Origin: Polyangiales bacterium
Lineage (GTDB): Bacteria > Myxococcota_A > Polyangia > Polyangiales > Polyangiaceae
Direction of reading: 5' to 3'
Assembly (NCBI GenBank): GCA_038231275.1
Contig: JBBRLQ010000040.1
Location: 1-61,870, forward strand
Length of the DNA stretch: 61,870 bases
Position numbers and translations under genes: made by a program. Shown here piece after piece: positions 10,331-19,862 of this stretch. Under the pieces are notes generated by a model, which saw only the letters and a list, made by a program, of their open reading frames with translations, was not told where the DNA came from and made no database searches. Within the stretch, counting starts at the first letter, position 1, and every line of letters starts with the position of its first letter.

Positions 10331-11914
10331 TCAGCCGCGGTGGGGCGTGCCACGCCGGCGCCGGCGTCGCACCATCGCCGCGCACGCGAGGCCGAGGCAC
10401 GCCGCCGATGCGCCGAAGCCGCTGCCGCCTACGCCCGGCGCTGCCCGACAGCCGCCGGTAGATCCGGCCGATGCTTCGAGAGGCGGGGGCTCGACCTGCG
10501 CCGGTGTCCCGTACGGCCCGACGGAGGCGTTGCCTTCGTACGGCCCGATCTGGTTCACGGCGCCGGCCGGGGGATGCGGGTGCGGCTGCGGAGTGCCTTT
10601 CGGAGCGACATTGCACACATCGTCCACCCCGCTCGCCTGCGGGACGCAGCCGGCGGTGCACTGATCGAGCTCCACTTTTCCGTTCGCGCAGCGAAACGCC
10701 TGCGTCTTGTCCTCGGAGCAATTGAGGAGGTTCGTGACGTCGTTGCACTTGCACGACCCGCCGAACCTGGCCATGTACGTGCACCACTCCCAGATGCCGG
10801 GATCGCGGTGGTTGTTCGAGCCGCCGTACTGGCTGCCGGTCTCACACGCTTTCGGAGTCTGGCTGCACGCCGCCGAGTCCTCCGCCATCACGTTGCCGTT
10901 CGGGATCTGATCGTGGCCGATGATGTGCGCGCGGTCCTTCGCGATCTTGTACTTGTCGGTCAGGTGCTGCACGAGCGTCGCGCTCGCGGCGTACTGCACG
11001 TTCGTGTACGGCTTGTTCGCGTAGCCGACGTGCTCGATGCCGACCGAGCGCTGGTTGTAGACGAAGTTGCCGGCGTGCCACGCCGTGTCGACCTCGTGGA
11101 TGAACTGGCCGACGCGCCCGTCGGTGCCGACGATGTACTGGACGCTCTTGCCGGGATCGTTCTGGAGCGTCGCGACGCTCGCGTCCCAGCCGCCTTCGGT
11201 GTCGTGGATGACGACGTAGTCCACAGGGTTGCCGGCGCGGCCGGGCGTGCATTTGTTGGTGCAGCTCGTGGGGAACCACTCGGCGGGGCCGTAATCGGCG
11301 GGCGCGGTGTCGGTGTGGAGGCCGGTGTCGATCGCCATCCACGCCGACGGCGGGAGATCGTGCGCTTCGATCGTGACGGGCTCGCCGTCGCGCCCCTCGA
11401 ACGTGCCGCCGCGCGCGAGCAAGGCGAACACGCGGCGCGCGTAGTCTTTGCGATGCGCGTCGTCGGCGTAGCCGCTCATCTCCTCGATCGCGGCTTGCCA
11501 TGACGCGAGCTCTTCGCCACGTGCGCCCTGCGCCGCGCCGATTTCCGCGAGGACGCGCGCGCCGGCCTCGAGCGCGAGGTCGGTGTCCTGACGAAGCGCG
11601 AGCTCGGTGACGCCGACGAGCGCAGCGCCGCGCGCGAGCGTGTCGAGCTTTCCGTGTCGGAGCTGGAGAGGACCTGCGACCGGCACCGCGGCCACCGGAT
11701 CGACCTCGCGCATGCGCGGCATGTCGAGGCTGCCCTCGGTGTGCGCGATCGCGACGAGCAGATCGCGCGGCACGCCGTTCGTCGCCGCGCTCGTCGTGAA
11801 CGCGCGACCGAGCGGGCCCGCCGCGGCGCCGCCATCGCTCGGATTCGCGGTGCTGCACCCTGCGCCGCACACCGCGGCCCCGAGGCTGAGGGCGGCGAGG
11901 AAATGCAGACGCAT
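10331..11914 (-). CDS. N-acetylmuramoyl-L-alanine amidase (Amidase_2/AmpD-like) lipoprotein with MYXO-CTERM-like tail
   Basis: IHDTEG, AWHAGN..N.RSVGIEH, IIGH, H.DPG. Lipobox GAG-C. C-terminal GGC, hydrophobic helix and RRRRRR. Confidence 0.9.
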   Translation of the reverse strand: MRLHFLAALSLGAAVCGAGCSTANPSDGGAAAGPLGRAFTTSAATNGVPRDLLVAIAHTEGSLDMPRMREVDPVAAVPVAGPLQLRHGKLDTLARGAALVGVTELALRQDTDLALEAGARVLAEIGAAQGARGEELASWQAAIEEMSGYADDAHRKDYARRVFALLARGGTFEGRDGEPVTIEAHDLPPSAWMAIDTGLHTDTAPADYGPAEWFPTSCTNKCTPGRAGNPVDYVVIHDTEGGWDASVATLQNDPGKSVQYIVGTDGRVGQFIHEVDTAWHAGNFVYNQRSVGIEHVGYANKPYTNVQYAASATLVQHLTDKYKIAKDRAHIIGHDQIPNGNVMAEDSAACSQTPKACETGSQYGGSNNHRDPGIWEWCTYMARFGGSCKCNDVTNLLNCSEDKTQAFRCANGKVELDQCTAGCVPQASGVDDVCNVAPKGTPQPHPHPPAGAVNQIGPYEGNASVGPYGTPAQVEPPPLEASAGSTGGCRAAPGVGGSGFGASAACLGLACAAMVRRRRRRGTPHRG

Positions 11915-12087
11915 ACCCGAGTCCTTAGCAGCCCTCGTTCCAGCGTCGTTCGCGGAAGATGCGGCGCAATCGAGTTAGGTGTGAGCATGTCGCACTCGCG
12001 CCAGGTCGCGAGCCTCGCGACCCTCCGCGAAGAACGCTCGCGTCACGCGACGAGGGCTCGAATCACTCGAACATGCAGCTCACGATC

Positions 12088-12906
12088 TCAGAGGCACGTG
12101 ACCTTGCCCTTGTTGCTCGTCAGGGTGCTCTTGCCGCACGTGTAGGTGAATGAAGTATTGTTGTAGATGGTGCAGTCGAGCGCCCAGTCCTTGCCGTTCA
12201 CGCACATGCGGACGTAGTTGCCGGCGCAGTACGCGTAGCCCTCCCACGACGCCGGGCAGTTGTGCTTCTCGTCGAGCGCGCTCGCCGTCTGGCCCTTCTC
12301 GAAGTCGTCGACCTTCGCCATGTCGAAGAGGAGGTGGCACCCGACGTTGGTCTTGTGGTCGTCGGTGCAGATGGAGCGCGTGGAGCCCGCCGTCTCATAC
12401 CGCTGGCAGTCGAGGAGGTACGTGTTCGGGGTGACGCAGCCTTCGACGAAGTCTTGCCCGTTCGACGAGTTGGTCTTGCAGAGGCCGGTGCTGTCGGCGA
12501 GGCCGATGTCCGAGCAGAGACCGACCTGAACGCCGTACTGAGGCATGAGCGACTGATCGACGGGATCGAGTGGCGTCGCGGATGTGGTGCCTCCCTCGCC
12601 CGGATCGGCGTCGGGGAGATCCGCGTCGCCGAGCTTCGCGTCGCTGCTACCGCCGTCCTTCGGGGTGGGCGGCGGAGGCGGCGGCTTCGCGTCGCTGGTG
12701 CTGCCGCCGTCCTTGGGCGTGGGCGGCGGCTTGTTGAGTCCGCCGTCACCGGTGGGGTGCGTGCCGGTGTCGAAGCCGGTGTCGCCGCCGTCTTGGATGT
12801 CGAGGGGCGCGGCCTCGTCGGTCTTCGCGCTGCAGGCGGAGATCGCGGAGGCGCTGGCGGAGAGCATCAAGGGGAGGCTGACGAAGAGAAGGCGAAGCTT
12901 GGGCAT
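12088..12906 (-). CDS. Cys-rich lipoprotein, hypothetical
   Basis: Signal peptide with ISA-C, DGG/Pro linker, Cys-rich C-terminal domain. Confidence 0.78.
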   Translation of the reverse strand: MPKLRLLFVSLPLMLSASASAISACSAKTDEAAPLDIQDGGDTGFDTGTHPTGDGGLNKPPPTPKDGGSTSDAKPPPPPPTPKDGGSSDAKLGDADLPDADPGEGGTTSATPLDPVDQSLMPQYGVQVGLCSDIGLADSTGLCKTNSSNGQDFVEGCVTPNTYLLDCQRYETAGSTRSICTDDHKTNVGCHLLFDMAKVDDFEKGQTASALDEKHNCPASWEGYAYCAGNYVRMCVNGKDWALDCTIYNNTSFTYTCGKSTLTSNKGKVTCL

Positions 12907-12929
12907 GGGACCTCTAATTTAGCTGACTC

Positions 12930-14315
12930 TCAGTCGTTCGCATCCTCGTCGGGCTTGTCCCCTCGCAATCCCAGCGCGCGTGCCTTTTTATAGAGGTGGC
13001 TCCTCTCCAGATCGAGCGCCCGGGCCGTCGCCGCCATCTGGCCGCCGTGGTGGGCGAGGGCGTCGGTGAGGATGACCCGCTCGGCCTCCTCGACGAGCAC
13101 CCGAAACGGCGTTCCGGGCCGGTAAAGCCCGGTGGCCTTGGGCGAAACGCCGCCCGGGAGACAGTTGCGGACGTCGGAGTCGTGGATGACGTCGTCGGGC
13201 GTCAGGATGACGAGGCGCTCGACGAGGTTTCGGAGCTCCCGCACGTTGCCTGGAAAGCTGTACGCGGCGAGCGTGCTCATGCCCCCTTCGTCGATGCGGA
13301 TATCGCGCCGATCGTTGGCGCGCGCGGCGAGATCGAGGAAATGCCGCGTGAGGAGCGGGATGTCCTCGCGACGCGCGCGCAGCGGCGGGATCGCGAGGGG
13401 CACGACGTTGAGGCGATCGTACAGATCGGCGCGAAAATCCCCCATTTCGCACGCCGCCACGAGATCGCGGTTCGTCGCAGCGACGACGCGCGCGTCGATC
13501 TTGATGGTCTCGCTGCCGCCGACGCGCTCGATCTCCTTCTCCTGGAGCACGCGAAGGAGCTTGGCCTGCATCGGCAGCGGCATGTCGCCGACCTCGTCGA
13601 GGAACAAGGTGCCGCCGCTCGCGCGCTCGAACTTGCCGCGGCGTTGCTTCGTGGCGCCGGTGAAGGCGCCGGCCTCGTGGCCGAAGAGCTCGCTCTCGAT
13701 GAGCTCGCTGGGGAGCGCGGCGCAATTGAGCTTCTCGAGCGGCCCCTTCGCGCGCGTGCTCATCAAGTGGATGGCGCGGGCGACGAGCTCCTTGCCGGTG
13801 CCGCGCTCGCCGGTGACCAGCACGCTCGCCTGGCTCTTCGCGGCGCGCGCGATCTGTTCCATGAGCTTCTTGATCGCAGTGCTCTCGCCGACCAGCTCGC
13901 CGGTCGTGCCCGCCTGCGCCCGCAGCGCCTTGGCCTCGGCCTCCGCGCGCTGGAGGCGGAGCGACGTCTCCACCGTGATGAGGAGCGCGTCGGTGTTGAT
14001 GGGCTTCTCGAGGAAATTGAGGGCGCCCAGGCGCGTCGCGCGGACCGCCGTGTCGATCGTCGCGTGGCCGCTCATCATGACGACGGGCGTGTCGTTCTTC
14101 GAGGCGCGCAAGGACTCGAGGAGCGAGAGGCCGTCGCCGTCCGGGAGCTGCACGTCGAAGAGGCAGAGATCGTACGAGCGCTTCTTGATCTTGTCCTCGG
14201 CGACCTTCATTCCGCCGGCGACGTCGACCGCGTAGCCCTCGAGCTGGAGGGCCTTTTGGAGCGTCGTCAGGATGCTGGGCTCGTCGTCGACGACGAGGAG
14301 GTGCGCGCGGGCCAT
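12930..14315 (-). CDS. Sigma54-dependent response regulator (NtrC/NtrX family)
   Basis: REC (VVDDE..D..K), GERGTGKE, ESELFGHEAGAFTGA, FLDEVGD, FPGNVRELRN, Fis-type HTH. Confidence 0.96.
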   Translation of the reverse strand: MARAHLLVVDDEPSILTTLQKALQLEGYAVDVAGGMKVAEDKIKKRSYDLCLFDVQLPDGDGLSLLESLRASKNDTPVVMMSGHATIDTAVRATRLGALNFLEKPINTDALLITVETSLRLQRAEAEAKALRAQAGTTGELVGESTAIKKLMEQIARAAKSQASVLVTGERGTGKELVARAIHLMSTRAKGPLEKLNCAALPSELIESELFGHEAGAFTGATKQRRGKFERASGGTLFLDEVGDMPLPMQAKLLRVLQEKEIERVGGSETIKIDARVVAATNRDLVAACEMGDFRADLYDRLNVVPLAIPPLRARREDIPLLTRHFLDLAARANDRRDIRIDEGGMSTLAAYSFPGNVRELRNLVERLVILTPDDVIHDSDVRNCLPGGVSPKATGLYRPGTPFRVLVEEAERVILTDALAHHGGQMAATARALDLERSHLYKKARALGLRGDKPDEDAND

Positions 14316-14463
14316 CGCGGAGGAGCGTACATCGCGCCGGGCGGGGGTACCACGGGGCCCGCCCGGGCCAGGAAGTTTGGGGGAAGGGCGCCTGGCCCCA
14401 CTTTCGGCTTTACAGTCGAGCCGCGTCGCGAGAAACAGTGGTCCACCCACCGGAGACCACCAC

Positions 14464-15534
14464 ATGACGAAGCTCGCCAACAAGTACGTCCTGGCCGTCG
14501 CCTGCGCCGCCGTCGCCCTCGCCGCGCCGCAGATCGCGAACGCTCAAGACGAGAAGAAGGAAGCAGGAAAGTCGGAGGTCGCCGCGAGCGGTTCGCTGAG
14601 CCTCGAGGGAACGAGCGCCGAAGCGCACGGCCCGGAGGCAGACAAGCACCCCGAAAGCGAGCACGAGGAGGAGGCCGAGGAGACCAAGTTCCAGGTCGAC
14701 GTCGACCTCGTCTTCGGCTTCGGCAAGACGAACACCGTCAACACGACGCTGCCCGGCACCCAGGCGACGATTCCCGATGCGACCGTCGGTCCGTCGAAGA
14801 TCTCGACGCAGTCGTTCATCATCGGCGCCGGCTACGAGATCGGCAAGGGCATCGGAATCGGCGCGCGCTTCCCCCTCACGTTCGGGTCGTGGTCGCAGCC
14901 CGGTCAGCAGACGCGCGGCACCGGCGCCGTCGGCAACGTCGAGCTCGAGGGCGAGTACGAGCGGCACATCAACCAGCAGATGAAGCTGGTCTTCGGCCTT
15001 GGCCTCGCGCTGCCGACCGCGCAGGGCACCGAGGTGCCTGAGCAAGAGGAGCTCGACGCGGACAGGACCGCAGCGCAGCAAAATCAGAACGCGTACGATC
15101 GCCAGGCGGTCAACCACGCGGCCGCGGCGTCGCGCGGGTACCTCGACAACGCGCTCTTCGAGACCAAGCGCTTCGGAATCATCCCGATGGTCGGCCTCGA
15201 CTACAAGGTCAGCCACATCCTCATCGATCCGTTCGTGAAGATGGAGAACCTCATCAGCACGTCGGGGAGCCCGGAGCACAAGTACATTGGCGAGCTCGTG
15301 CTCGGCACGTTCCTCGGCTACGAGCTCGCCAAGCAGATGGACGCCGGCGTTCGCGTGTGGGGCAACATTCTGTTCGCGGGCGGGAGCGGCGCGGTCGGCG
15401 TGCTCGAGCCGCAGATGCGCTTCCACTTCGGCAACATCCACCCGCTCGTCGCGGGCATCATCCCGTTCGCGGGCGACGCGCTCACGAGCCCGCGCTTCGG
15501 CGGGATCCGCTTCGCCGTCGCGGCGCGTTTCTGA
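14464..15534 (+). CDS. Outer-membrane beta-barrel protein
   Basis: GGAG RBS, signal peptide ANA/Q, beta-strand pattern, terminal ARF. Confidence 0.82.
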   Translation: MTKLANKYVLAVACAAVALAAPQIANAQDEKKEAGKSEVAASGSLSLEGTSAEAHGPEADKHPESEHEEEAEETKFQVDVDLVFGFGKTNTVNTTLPGTQATIPDATVGPSKISTQSFIIGAGYEIGKGIGIGARFPLTFGSWSQPGQQTRGTGAVGNVELEGEYERHINQQMKLVFGLGLALPTAQGTEVPEQEELDADRTAAQQNQNAYDRQAVNHAAAASRGYLDNALFETKRFGIIPMVGLDYKVSHILIDPFVKMENLISTSGSPEHKYIGELVLGTFLGYELAKQMDAGVRVWGNILFAGGSGAVGVLEPQMRFHFGNIHPLVAGIIPFAGDALTSPRFGGIRFAVAARF

Positions 15535-15609
15535 TTTTTCAGCCTTGAGCGAGCGCCGTTTGACCGGAACGGGAAAGCGGCGGTAGCGACCCACTAGAAG
15601 GTGAACTTC

Positions 15610-15650
15610 GCGGAGGCGCGTTCTTCGGAACGTGCCTCCGTGCCCTTTTG
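15610..15650 (+). terminator. Rho-independent terminator-like hairpin
   Basis: CGGAGGCGCGTTC-TTCG-GAACGTGCCTCCG (13-bp stem with one G-U pair, UUCG loop), followed a few bases later by TTTT. Confidence 0.7.
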
Positions 15651-15740
15651 TTCCCCCGAAAATCCGCCATGAAATCGTGTAGACGAGCGATGCCCACGGA
15701 CGAGAGGGCGTGTACACTGCCTCGAGGTGCCAGGTACCCC

Positions 15741-17954
15741 ATGCGTCTTCGTGTCGCCCTGACGTGCATCGCTTCGCTCGTTCTCTTCGCGTGCGGCCCG
15801 GCGGCGCGGGGAGGCGCGAGGGGCCCGGGCGCGGAGCATCCGAACGCGAAGGCCGCCGCCGTCGGCGATGACGAGTTCGCGGGCGCCGTGCACGATCTCC
15901 TCACGAGCGACAACGGCTCGGGGAAGCGCGCGTCGCTCCTCGCCGGCGTCGAGGCGCGCCAGATGAGCCGCGCCGCGCAGCGCTTCCGTTCGCATCGTGG
16001 GCAGCGCGGGCTCGTGGCCGTCACCGGCGGGCTCTACCTCGTGAAGACGGGGGAGCTGTCGTCGAACGTCCTCGGCCCGAGCGGAAAAGAGGCGCTGCGC
16101 GCGGCGGTGCGTGAGCTCTCGACGCGCGGCGACGAAGGCCGCGCGCGCGCGCTGTACGAGATCCTCGCCCGCATCTCACCGGCGGAGGAGCAAGGCGAGC
16201 TGAAGACGCACCTCGCCGCGCTCGAGCAGTGGACGAAGGACACGACCTCGACCGGAGGCCCCGTGGCCCAGGCCGGCGCGCTCGCGAACGTCACCGTCAC
16301 GCGTCACTTGCTCGAGCCGAGCGAGAGGTCCCGTGAAGAGGCGGCCGCGCGCACGACCGACTGGATCGACAAGGCGCTTCAGCTGCGCGCCACCTACCGC
16401 GTGAAGCGCGTGCCCCCCGCGCGCGAAGAAGCGGGCGAGGCGCTGCGCGCGCTCGGGACCGGCGCCACCGTGCTCGCCGCGGTGTATCTCCGCGACGCGG
16501 ACGCGAAGGGGGCCATCGCGGCGATCGAGAAGGCGCAGGCGCGCGAGCTCGCGCGGCCGGAGCTGCTGAAGGCGCTGGAAGAGGCCGCCGACAAGCCCGA
16601 GGCGGCGCGCTGGCTCGAGATCGTCCACGTCCTGCGTCCGCCGCCCTCGCGCGATCGCGAAGAAGAAGAGGCGGTCAGCGATCAGGATCTCGTCCGCTCC
16701 GCGAGCTTCGCGTCGGCGATCGAGGCGTACAGGCTCGATCCGACGCTGCCGGAGGCGGCAGGTGCGGTCGCCGCGGCGCTCGAAGAGCTCGGTATGGCGG
16801 AGGCGAGCCCCGCCGTCCTCGTCGACACGGTGAAGGCGCACCCCGACGCGCGCGTCTTGAGCGGCGCGCTGGCGATCACGATGCACGCGATGGCCGGCGA
16901 AGTGGAGGCCGACGATCCCGACGCCGCGCGCCGCGCCTTCAGGGCGGCGAGCCCGGTGCTCGACGTGGCCGATCAGAAGCCGGCCAAGCTGAACCCGACG
17001 TCGGCGAAGGTCCGCGCGATGATGGGCGAGATCGAGCTGCGTGAGGGCCGCCTCGACGAGGCGCGCCAGCTGCTCACGGCGTCGGCGAAGGCCGAGAAGG
17101 CGGGCGCGGTGTTCCTGTCGCTCGCGCGCATCGACTGGCACGACGGCAAGACGGCGCAGGCGCTCGATCACTTGCGGGAGGCGCTCGGCACCGAGGACGC
17201 CGCGCACGATCCGGCGCTCCGCGGGGAGATCCTGCTGCTCACGAGCGACATCGCGCGCGAGCAAGGGGACATCGGCGCCGCGCGCACTCCGCTCACCGAA
17301 GCGCTGCGTGAGCTCGCGAAGGCCCGCTCGACGCCCGACGGCGAGGATCGCGCGCGCGTCGAGCGGCTGCTCGCTCGTGTGCTCGATCGGTTCGGCGCTG
17401 CGCAGCCGGCGCAGCGCGCGCTCGAACGCGCGTTCGATGCGGCCCCGCGCGACAAGCGACAAGGCGCCGCGACGGTGGGGCAGCTCGTTGGGCGCGCGTT
17501 CGTCCGAGGGGATTTGCCCGCCGCACGCAACGGTCTCTCGCGCGGCATCGCCGCCGATCTCGACAACGACGATCTCGTCTACTACGCGCTGTGGGTTCGT
17601 TTGCTCGAGCGGCAGCTCAAGGCGAAGACGGACGGCACGAGCGATCGCATCTTCACCGGATCGGTCGACAGCGGCCGCTGGATCGGGAAAATCGCGCAGT
17701 TCGGCGCCGGTACGCTCAAGGCCGAGGACCTCCTTGCGGCCGCGAAGACGCCGGCACAGAAGACCGAAGCGCTCTTCTATTCGGCGATGGATCGGCGCGC
17801 CGCGGGCGATGCGAAAGGGGCCGACGCGACGCTTCGGCAGGTCGTCGCCGCTGGCGGGGTCGACCTGATGGAGGCCGCGATCGCGCGCGAGATCTTGAGC
17901 GCGCCCAAGCCCGACGCGTTCGGCCCGCTCCCGTCGGGCGTCGCGCTTCCGTGA
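15741..17954 (+). CDS. Large helical/TPR-like lipoprotein
   Basis: Lipobox LFA-C; TPR-like repeats (MGEIELREGRLDEARQLL, LARIDWHDGKTAQALDHL). Confidence 0.8.
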   Translation: MRLRVALTCIASLVLFACGPAARGGARGPGAEHPNAKAAAVGDDEFAGAVHDLLTSDNGSGKRASLLAGVEARQMSRAAQRFRSHRGQRGLVAVTGGLYLVKTGELSSNVLGPSGKEALRAAVRELSTRGDEGRARALYEILARISPAEEQGELKTHLAALEQWTKDTTSTGGPVAQAGALANVTVTRHLLEPSERSREEAAARTTDWIDKALQLRATYRVKRVPPAREEAGEALRALGTGATVLAAVYLRDADAKGAIAAIEKAQARELARPELLKALEEAADKPEAARWLEIVHVLRPPPSRDREEEEAVSDQDLVRSASFASAIEAYRLDPTLPEAAGAVAAALEELGMAEASPAVLVDTVKAHPDARVLSGALAITMHAMAGEVEADDPDAARRAFRAASPVLDVADQKPAKLNPTSAKVRAMMGEIELREGRLDEARQLLTASAKAEKAGAVFLSLARIDWHDGKTAQALDHLREALGTEDAAHDPALRGEILLLTSDIAREQGDIGAARTPLTEALRELAKARSTPDGEDRARVERLLARVLDRFGAAQPAQRALERAFDAAPRDKRQGAATVGQLVGRAFVRGDLPAARNGLSRGIAADLDNDDLVYYALWVRLLERQLKAKTDGTSDRIFTGSVDSGRWIGKIAQFGAGTLKAEDLLAAAKTPAQKTEALFYSAMDRRAAGDAKGADATLRQVVAAGGVDLMEAAIAREILSAPKPDAFGPLPSGVALP

Positions 17955-17955
17955 C

Positions 17956-18870
17956 GTGGTGACGGCGGCGGCGAACGTCCGGCGCGCCCTCGACTGGGGG
18001 AAGATCGCGCCGCTGCGCCTCCGCGCGCGCCTCGTCGCCGAGGGGGTGTACGCCGGCGCGCACCGCAGCGCGCGTCGCGGCGCGGGCGTCGAGTTCGGGG
18101 GTCACCGACAATACGTGCCGGGCGACGACCTGAGGTGGCTCGATCGGCGCTCGCTTCTCCTCCACGATCGGCTGCTCGTGCGGCAGTTCGAGACGGAGAC
18201 CGATCGCGCGCTCCGCTTGGTCGTCGACGCAACGGCCTCGATGGCGTACCGCGGGAAGGAGGCGCCGGGGGCGAAGCTGGCGTTCGCCGCGCTCGTCGCC
18301 GCGGCCCTCTCGCGCATCGCGATCGGCGCCGGCGATCCGGTCGGGCTCACCTTCGTCGGCGACGCGCACGTGCGCGGGGTCGGCGTGTCGAGCGGGCACG
18401 AGGCGTTCGAGCGGGTCGTGGGCGCGCTCGAGGCCTGCGAGCCGGGCGGCGACGCGACGCTCGATCGCGACATGCTCGACCGCGCGCTCGCCGGCATCGC
18501 GCGCTCGGCGCGGCGCGGCTCGGTCCTCGTCGTCCTGAGCGATCTGCTGGATTTGCCGGCGGAGGCGATCGATCGCGTCTCCGCGATGGCCGCGCGGGGG
18601 CGCGTGCTCGTCGTCGTGCAGACGCTCGATCCCGACGAGGCGCGCTTCCCGTTCGAAGGCACGGTGCGCCTGCGCGCGCTCGAGGGAAAGACGGTCGTCG
18701 AGACCGACGCGGAAGCGAAGGATCGCTACCTCGCGAACCTCGCCACGCTTCAAGACACGTGGGAGCGCGCGCTCGTCGCGCGAGGCGCCCGCCTCGTCCG
18801 CGCAGAAACGAGCGAAGATCCCGTTCGCGTGGTCCGCAAAGTCCTCGAAGCCGCCCGCAGCGCAGGCTGA
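17956..18870 (+). CDS. DUF58 domain protein (MoxR-associated)
   Basis: G.HRS.RRG.GVEF..HRQYVPGDDLRWLD, VRQFETE, VDATASM, VVLSDL. Confidence 0.93.
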   Translation: MVTAAANVRRALDWGKIAPLRLRARLVAEGVYAGAHRSARRGAGVEFGGHRQYVPGDDLRWLDRRSLLLHDRLLVRQFETETDRALRLVVDATASMAYRGKEAPGAKLAFAALVAAALSRIAIGAGDPVGLTFVGDAHVRGVGVSSGHEAFERVVGALEACEPGGDATLDRDMLDRALAGIARSARRGSVLVVLSDLLDLPAEAIDRVSAMAARGRVLVVVQTLDPDEARFPFEGTVRLRALEGKTVVETDAEAKDRYLANLATLQDTWERALVARGARLVRAETSEDPVRVVRKVLEAARSAG

Positions 18871-18929
18871 AGATCATTCAAAGCCTCTCTCGAGAACAGC
18901 GCCCGCGCGCGACCTCCTCCCACACAAAA

Positions 18930-19064
18930 GGCTTGGCGGGCTCGCCCCTCCTTTGCCCCGTAAGGACCCCACGCGCCGGCGCATCCGCTGCACTAGCCAC
19001 TCACCCGCGTCGCCGGCGCGAGCGCGCCCCCGCCGGGGCAAAGGAGGGGCGAGCCCGCCAAGCC
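18930..19064. repeat. 135-bp element with perfect 31-bp terminal inverted repeats
   Basis: GGCTTGGCGGGCTCGCCCCTCCTTTGCCCCG at 18930-18960 and its exact reverse complement at 19034-19064. Inner 10-bp inverted pair at 18972-18981 / 19011-19020. Confidence 0.9.
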
Positions 19065-19070
19065 GCGGAC

Positions 19071-19715
19071 CTACTCGCAGGTGCTCGTCGCGGTGTTGCA
19101 TAGGTTGCTTGCGCACTCGCGATCGCGGGAGCAAGGCGCGCCAACGGGGGCGGCGGTGGAGCACTGATCGAGCTTCCAGTTGCAGAGGCCGCTCGCGCAT
19201 TCGACGTCGCGCGAGCACGGCGCGAGGATCGCGCCCTTGTTCTGGCAGGTCTCGAGCTTCCAGTTGCAGAGCGCCGACTGACACTCGACGTCGCGCGAGC
19301 AGGGGCCGCCGAGCGGCTCGGGCGGCGTGCACACGTTGAGCTTCCAGTTGCACACGCCGTTCTTGCACTCGACGTCGCGCGTGCACGGCTGCGCAGGGCC
19401 GCCGCTCGACGCGCCGCCGTCGCCGACGCCGCCGTTGCTGGCTCCGCTTGTGCCGCTGGCTCCGCTTGTGCCGCTGGTCCCGCTTGCGCCGCTGGTCCCG
19501 CTGCTGCCGCCGTTGCTGCTGCCGGAGGCGCCGGAGCTCGACGACCATCCCGACGCGCCGCCCGACGTGCCGGACGCGCCGCCTTCCCCGGAGCCGCAGT
19601 CGCCGCCGTCGCAACCTCCGAAGAGGCCGGTGCCGCTCGAGCCGCCGCACGCGGCGACAAGGAGGGCCGTCCCGAAGAAACCAGTCACGAAGAGGTGGCG
19701 GAAGAGGGGGCTCAT
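19071..19715 (-). CDS. Lipoprotein with Gly/Ser linker and four Cys-rich repeats
   Basis: Lipobox VAA-C, GTSGAS repeats, repeat unit PCSRDVECxxxxCNWKLxxC. Confidence 0.85.
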   Translation of the reverse strand: MSPLFRHLFVTGFFGTALLVAACGGSSGTGLFGGCDGGDCGSGEGGASGTSGGASGWSSSSGASGSSNGGSSGTSGASGTSGTSGASGTSGASNGGVGDGGASSGGPAQPCTRDVECKNGVCNWKLNVCTPPEPLGGPCSRDVECQSALCNWKLETCQNKGAILAPCSRDVECASGLCNWKLDQCSTAAPVGAPCSRDRECASNLCNTATSTCE

Positions 19716-19862
19716 GACGGCGCGGGCGTACAAGTAGCATGCCGACGCGAGGGCGCCAGAAACGCCCAAAGGCCGGCGCGCGCGTGAACGCGAGGTCACG
19801 GGCGCGGTGTGCCTTCGGTGCGTCGACGGACCGGCTCGCGCGTCTGTGGTAGCCAATGGGGC

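Noticed and set aside
15541..15609. Possible structured ncRNA upstream of the terminator hairpin
   Set aside because: Some pairing potential, but I recognise no RNA family motif. An Infernal/Rfam search would be needed.
19730..19744. Possible sigma54 promoter on the minus strand (CGGCATG-CTAC-TTGT)
   Set aside because: The -12 element lacks the conserved GC and lies very close to the ATG; a chance match is plausible.
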